From Octopus bimaculoides (taxonomy: Eukaryota), in contig NC_068989.1 in the NCBI RefSeq assembly GCF_001194135.2, positions 37,576,186 to 37,639,932 on the forward strand: DNA of 63,747 nucleotides, read 5' to 3'. Numbering within the stretch: the first letter of the stretch is position 1; every line of letters begins with the position of its first letter. Under the pieces are notes generated by a model. It was not told the origin of the DNA, searched no databases, and was given only the letters and a program-made list of their open reading frames with translations. The position numbers and the translations under genes are program-made. Of the stretch, positions 59,880 through 63,747 are shown in pieces.

Positions 59880-62250
59880 ATTTTCGATGTTTCACTGAGT
59901 CAAAGATGAGAGAGTATCTCTATCTGTTCGTGACTATAAACTCATCTAACACAATTAGCAAAAGTATGGTACAAGCTACCAAGTCATAGTCGCTTGCGAG
60001 GGATGGCAAGGCTATCTTCTTAAAGTACGCCAGCAATCTGTCTCCTATGACTGTATGTAGAGGATGTATGTTCTGTCTTCTTAATGGTAGGGAAGCGGAA
60101 AATAAAGCTTCCAAGTCCATGAATCTTCGTCATTGCGAAAAGGAGTCGTTAACCTAAGCAAATTTCATTTACATCATAATCCGCTCTATTTCTGCTAGTA
60201 AAATCGATCTCTTCACAACATTGACTAGTTTTAGCTACTAACCTGTTTATACATTCTGCAATAAAATTCAAAGCTCAATTTCCCTGCAACCTTTCTGTCT
60301 TTTTACTTCATATCTAAGTATACTGCGTATAAGAGGGGAGTAGTATCCATCGGTGTTTCAGAGTATAAAGAAAGTTTGTGTCGGAGGAAGACGACGAAAA
60401 GCACCTTTTTACTATGAAGTCATTTTCAGACTTGCAGCATTGGTGCTTCCTGTGTGAATGTGGTTTGTGAATTTTCTATAAAAAGACAACTTCCTTTTCC
60501 TAGCTTTGTTCATCAGCGTTCTAAGATAGTCTTCCGCTCTTTAACCCATGTGGTACTTGCTATTTTCCAAGAAGTTCTGTTGTCTACAATTACTTCCCAA
60601 TCAGAAAGTTTAATGTTGAGTCATTTCTATGTCACGCTTATCTACATCCTTTGCCTCTCAGTCTGGATGCTAGTTCACCATGTATTAATCTTTTAAAATA
60701 CAGTCGTCATCTGGTGCAGGAGAGTGAACATTGAAAGGGTAGTTGTCTTTATAAATATGTTAATGATTTAGATCCTGTCCTACTATTTTATATCAAGCGT
60801 TTATTACCGACAACTCACATGGGACATGTAAGGTGTTTTATGAAAAAATTATGCCATCTACCACTCGCAGTTAAGTGAAACTTTGCTGTAAAAACGAACC
60901 TTGTACTCCACGACCTTGATAAATTTCCTGAAATGCTTATCCTTCCGTACTTTCTCAGTGAGCCATGAAAGAGAAATAGCTGCTTTGACGATGTGCTCAT
61001 GAGTTCTGCGCTCAGGGTGAAGTGGCAGTAGCTGATCAACCAAGGTATTGGGACTCATGTACAACCAGATCTTTACTTCTGGTTTTAATTTTTTTTTTAA
61101 TGGCTGCAGTTCTTTGTTCCATCACAAGAATCTTTTTGAGGTTGATTGTAATGTAAAATAGATTGCAAAATATTGATAGTCCAAAGGGCTTTGTAATTCA
61201 TCTGGAAGAAGCTGCACTATCAACAAATAATGTATCTCTCATAGTAACATAACTTAGATTTTATCTTTAGTCTGGCTACACTAAGGATCTGGCCAACTGA
61301 TCCTGAGTGGAGTTAGACACCATTGGTTGAGGATTCCATGCGCATTTCTGAAGCAACACAAAGAATATTAAAAAATGTTTGCGCAAGTATACAGTCTGGC
61401 TTGGCTCTATTCTTCACACCAAAATTCCTGGAAATAAGTCCGTCTTACCACACATTGCTCATCATCATTTTGGATAGATATTATGATGCTTAGTTGTGTA
61501 ATTGGACAACCACGGAGTTGTGATATATTAAACACGGTGATTTTGCTGATAAGATGAAGTGTCCTCACGAGATACAAAGGCCAACAGTATCATTAAATAG
61601 GCTTCTAGACTTTGCCAAATTGGTCTGGTAAAGAGCAGCAATGTCTCCTTGTAAGCGAGAGACCTTGCTATTTATGATGACTGCTTTGCAAGTATCATTT
61701 ATGCTCTGAAGATAGTTTGAAAAGATATGTATCTGCTTATGAACATTTCAGTACATGATCCTCAATTTGGGGCTCAGTTCTTTCTGTTGATACTGTTGTT
61801 GATGTTGTTATTGATGTTGTTGCATAGTGCATTTGTAACTGTTCACCTGTTAGGAAGTACCTATGTCCTACCCTATGCCCCAACATACCCACTAGGCAGA
61901 TGAACAGTGACTAGACTGCACCTTACTAGTTGAATAGTTTTCAGTTTGATGCGGCCATTAGCTGTCCATAGCAGTTAAAATAAGCTTTCCCAACATCGAG
62001 CGTATCCCTTGGCAACTAGCGCTATACAGTAGACTACCTATGGGACGACTTCGCATATTCACTTTCAGAATTTACTCCCTTAACTTTATCTAGAAGAAAG
62101 GGATTCAAAAGGAAATAGCACAACCTAACTCACGATTGGGAAACTATTGTTGGATACTTGGGATATTTTCACTGGCCTATATGTCATATTTCCGGGAAAA
62201 GACCACCTTGAGTTCTGATGAATTTACCTAAGGGCCACATAAAACCCAGT
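59880..62250 (-). mobile_element. Decayed RTE-clade LINE (5' UTR, APE, start of RT)
   Basis: 'KAVIINSKVSRLQGDIAALYQTNLAKSRSL' matches the RTE APE start (..IID.EL.RL.VDIAALQETRL..SGSL); 'SLIFDSVKHRK' near 59895 resembles KAFDSV.H. Confidence 0.55.
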
Positions 62251-62309
62251 CACTTTGCATCACCATGTTCACGTCCAGCTAAATGAGGACATTACGTCAC
62301 GCTATAACT

Positions 62310-62361
<52 letters not shown>

Positions 62362-62392
62362 ATGCAGCAGCAGCAGCAGCAGTAGTAGTAGC

Positions 62393-62433
<41 letters not shown>

Positions 62434-62540
62434 CGGTGGTGGTGGTGGTAGTAGTAGTAGTGGTAGTAGTAGTAGTGGTGGTGGTGGTGGTGGTGGTGGT
62501 GGTGGTTTTGGTGATGGTGGTAGTAGTAGTAGTAGTAGTT
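62310..62540. repeat. Compound GTA/GCA/GGT trinucleotide tract
   Basis: Direct reading of the sequence. Confidence 0.97.
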
Positions 62541-62904
62541 TAGTTGCTGTCATTGTGTTGTATATCCCAGTTGCAATGCTGCAATTTGTTTTCGTCACTA
62601 AAGCCTTTGGGAAATTTATGAACATCTCAAATATCCAACTGTTCAAGAATGCTACAAACCAGTGATCATGCAAACCAACAAGAGATCTTCGTGGTTGCTC
62701 AATCTGCTAGAAATAACAGCCAAATCCCTACCCACTACAACCGTCATAAGAAGGGAATAGTGTAGTGCTAAATAAACTGTCTCTCAGAAAAAATAGCAAA
62801 AAAAAAAAAAAAAAGACACGAACTGTATAGACAATTTCATGACTTAAAGGGAGAACAAAAGTACGAATAGATTTCACAGGACCTTAAGACAGCGCATACT
62901 CTCA

Positions 62905-62955
<51 letters not shown>

Positions 62956-63294
62956 AAGACATGTGCGAGGTGGTGGTGGCAGAGAGTGGAAGGAGTCCTG
63001 GTTATTGAAGTATCCTGAACACTGAAGACTGGTTTGAATGCTTGCCGCTAACAGCATTCAAGATCGAGGTAGCGGTGTTTGATTTTACTATATGTTTACT
63101 CGATCAGAACTAACTTAGGGTTCAACAAAAAACAATGAATCGCCTCTAGTTGTTTCTAGGGATTTAACAGTTTAGCACCAATCTGCTGAGCCAGTTTCGA
63201 TTACCAGTCAGACTCCCTGAATATTATTTAAGTCTCTCAATTATGCTCTCAAAATTCTGGACATCAAAAGTTCACGTGTCCTTTCTCCACTTTG

Positions 63295-63316
63295 TGTCTA
63301 TCTATCTATCTATCTT

Positions 63317-63364
<48 letters not shown>

Positions 63365-63367
63365 CCT
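63295..63367. repeat. (TCTA)n microsatellite
   Basis: Direct reading of the sequence. Confidence 0.97.
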
Positions 63368-63379
63368 ATTTTTACGATT

Positions 63380-63570
63380 TTCAGTCATTAGGCTGTGGCC
63401 ATACTGGGGCACCACCTTGAAGAATTTTAGTCAAACTAATCGACCGCCAAAACTTATGATTATTTTGTTAAGCCTGGTACTTATTCTCTCGGGTTTCTAA
63501 GCCAAACTGCTAATTTACGGGGACGTAAACACACTAGCGCCAGCTGTGACGTAGTGGTGAAACAAATACA
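63380..63570 (-). mobile_element. SINE family B tail
   Basis: Reverse complement of the tail motif ('ttttcagtcattaggctgtggccatactggggcaccacc...ttacggggacgtaaac'). Confidence 0.75.
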
Positions 63571-63581
63571 CACACATATAT

Positions 63582-63742
63582 GAGTGGCTGTGTGGTAAGA
63601 AGCTTGCTTCTCAACCACATGGTTCCGGGTTCAGTCCCACTGGTGTGGCACTTTGGGCAAGTGTCTTCTACTATAGCCTCAGGCCGACCAAAACTTTGTG
63701 AGTGGATTTGGTTGACAGAAACTAAAAGAAGACCGTCGTATA
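63582..63742 (+). mobile_element. SINE family B head
   Basis: 'gagtggctgtgtggtaagaagcttgcttctcaaccacatggttccgggttcagtcccactgg...gaaactaaaagaagaccgtcgtatatat'. Confidence 0.88.
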
Positions 63743-63747
63743 TATAT

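Noticed and set aside
62255-62673. Ser/Gly-, Val- and Leu/Pro-rich ORFs (also 54819-55262)
   Set aside because: Compound trinucleotide repeats open in several frames on both strands; no unique coding flanks.

Overview
This is AT-rich eukaryotic (animal) genomic DNA from a gapped assembly with 7 N-runs. The SINE families and the very dense (CA)n, (TA)n, (TATG)n and (TTA)n microsatellites point to a coleoid cephalopod, most likely Octopus; this is an inference from repeat recognition, with no search run. I found no intact protein-coding gene, rRNA, tRNA or CRISPR array, and most ORFs in the track are microsatellite or N-gap artefacts. The window is an intronic or intergenic graveyard of transposons. 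Retroelements: at least 7 R4/Dong-clade fragments, Tx1/L1-like and RTE-like LINE remnants, a Penelope-like element and more than 25 SINE copies. DNA transposons: two piggyBac remnants, mariner and maT/rosa-type Tc1-mariner remnants, a Helitron helicase and a Merlin-like remnant. The most notable observations are: (1) a ~1 kb non-autonomous DNA transposon with ~280-bp TIRs and an exact 8-bp TSD that carries a telomeric (TTAGGG)n array; (2) a minimal hammerhead ribozyme with a compensatory U3-A8 core in both inverted Penelope pseudo-LTRs; (3) an orphan ~555-bp element present twice within TAA repeats; (4) an R4/Dong copy lacking the RT core; and (5) long fold-back hairpins.
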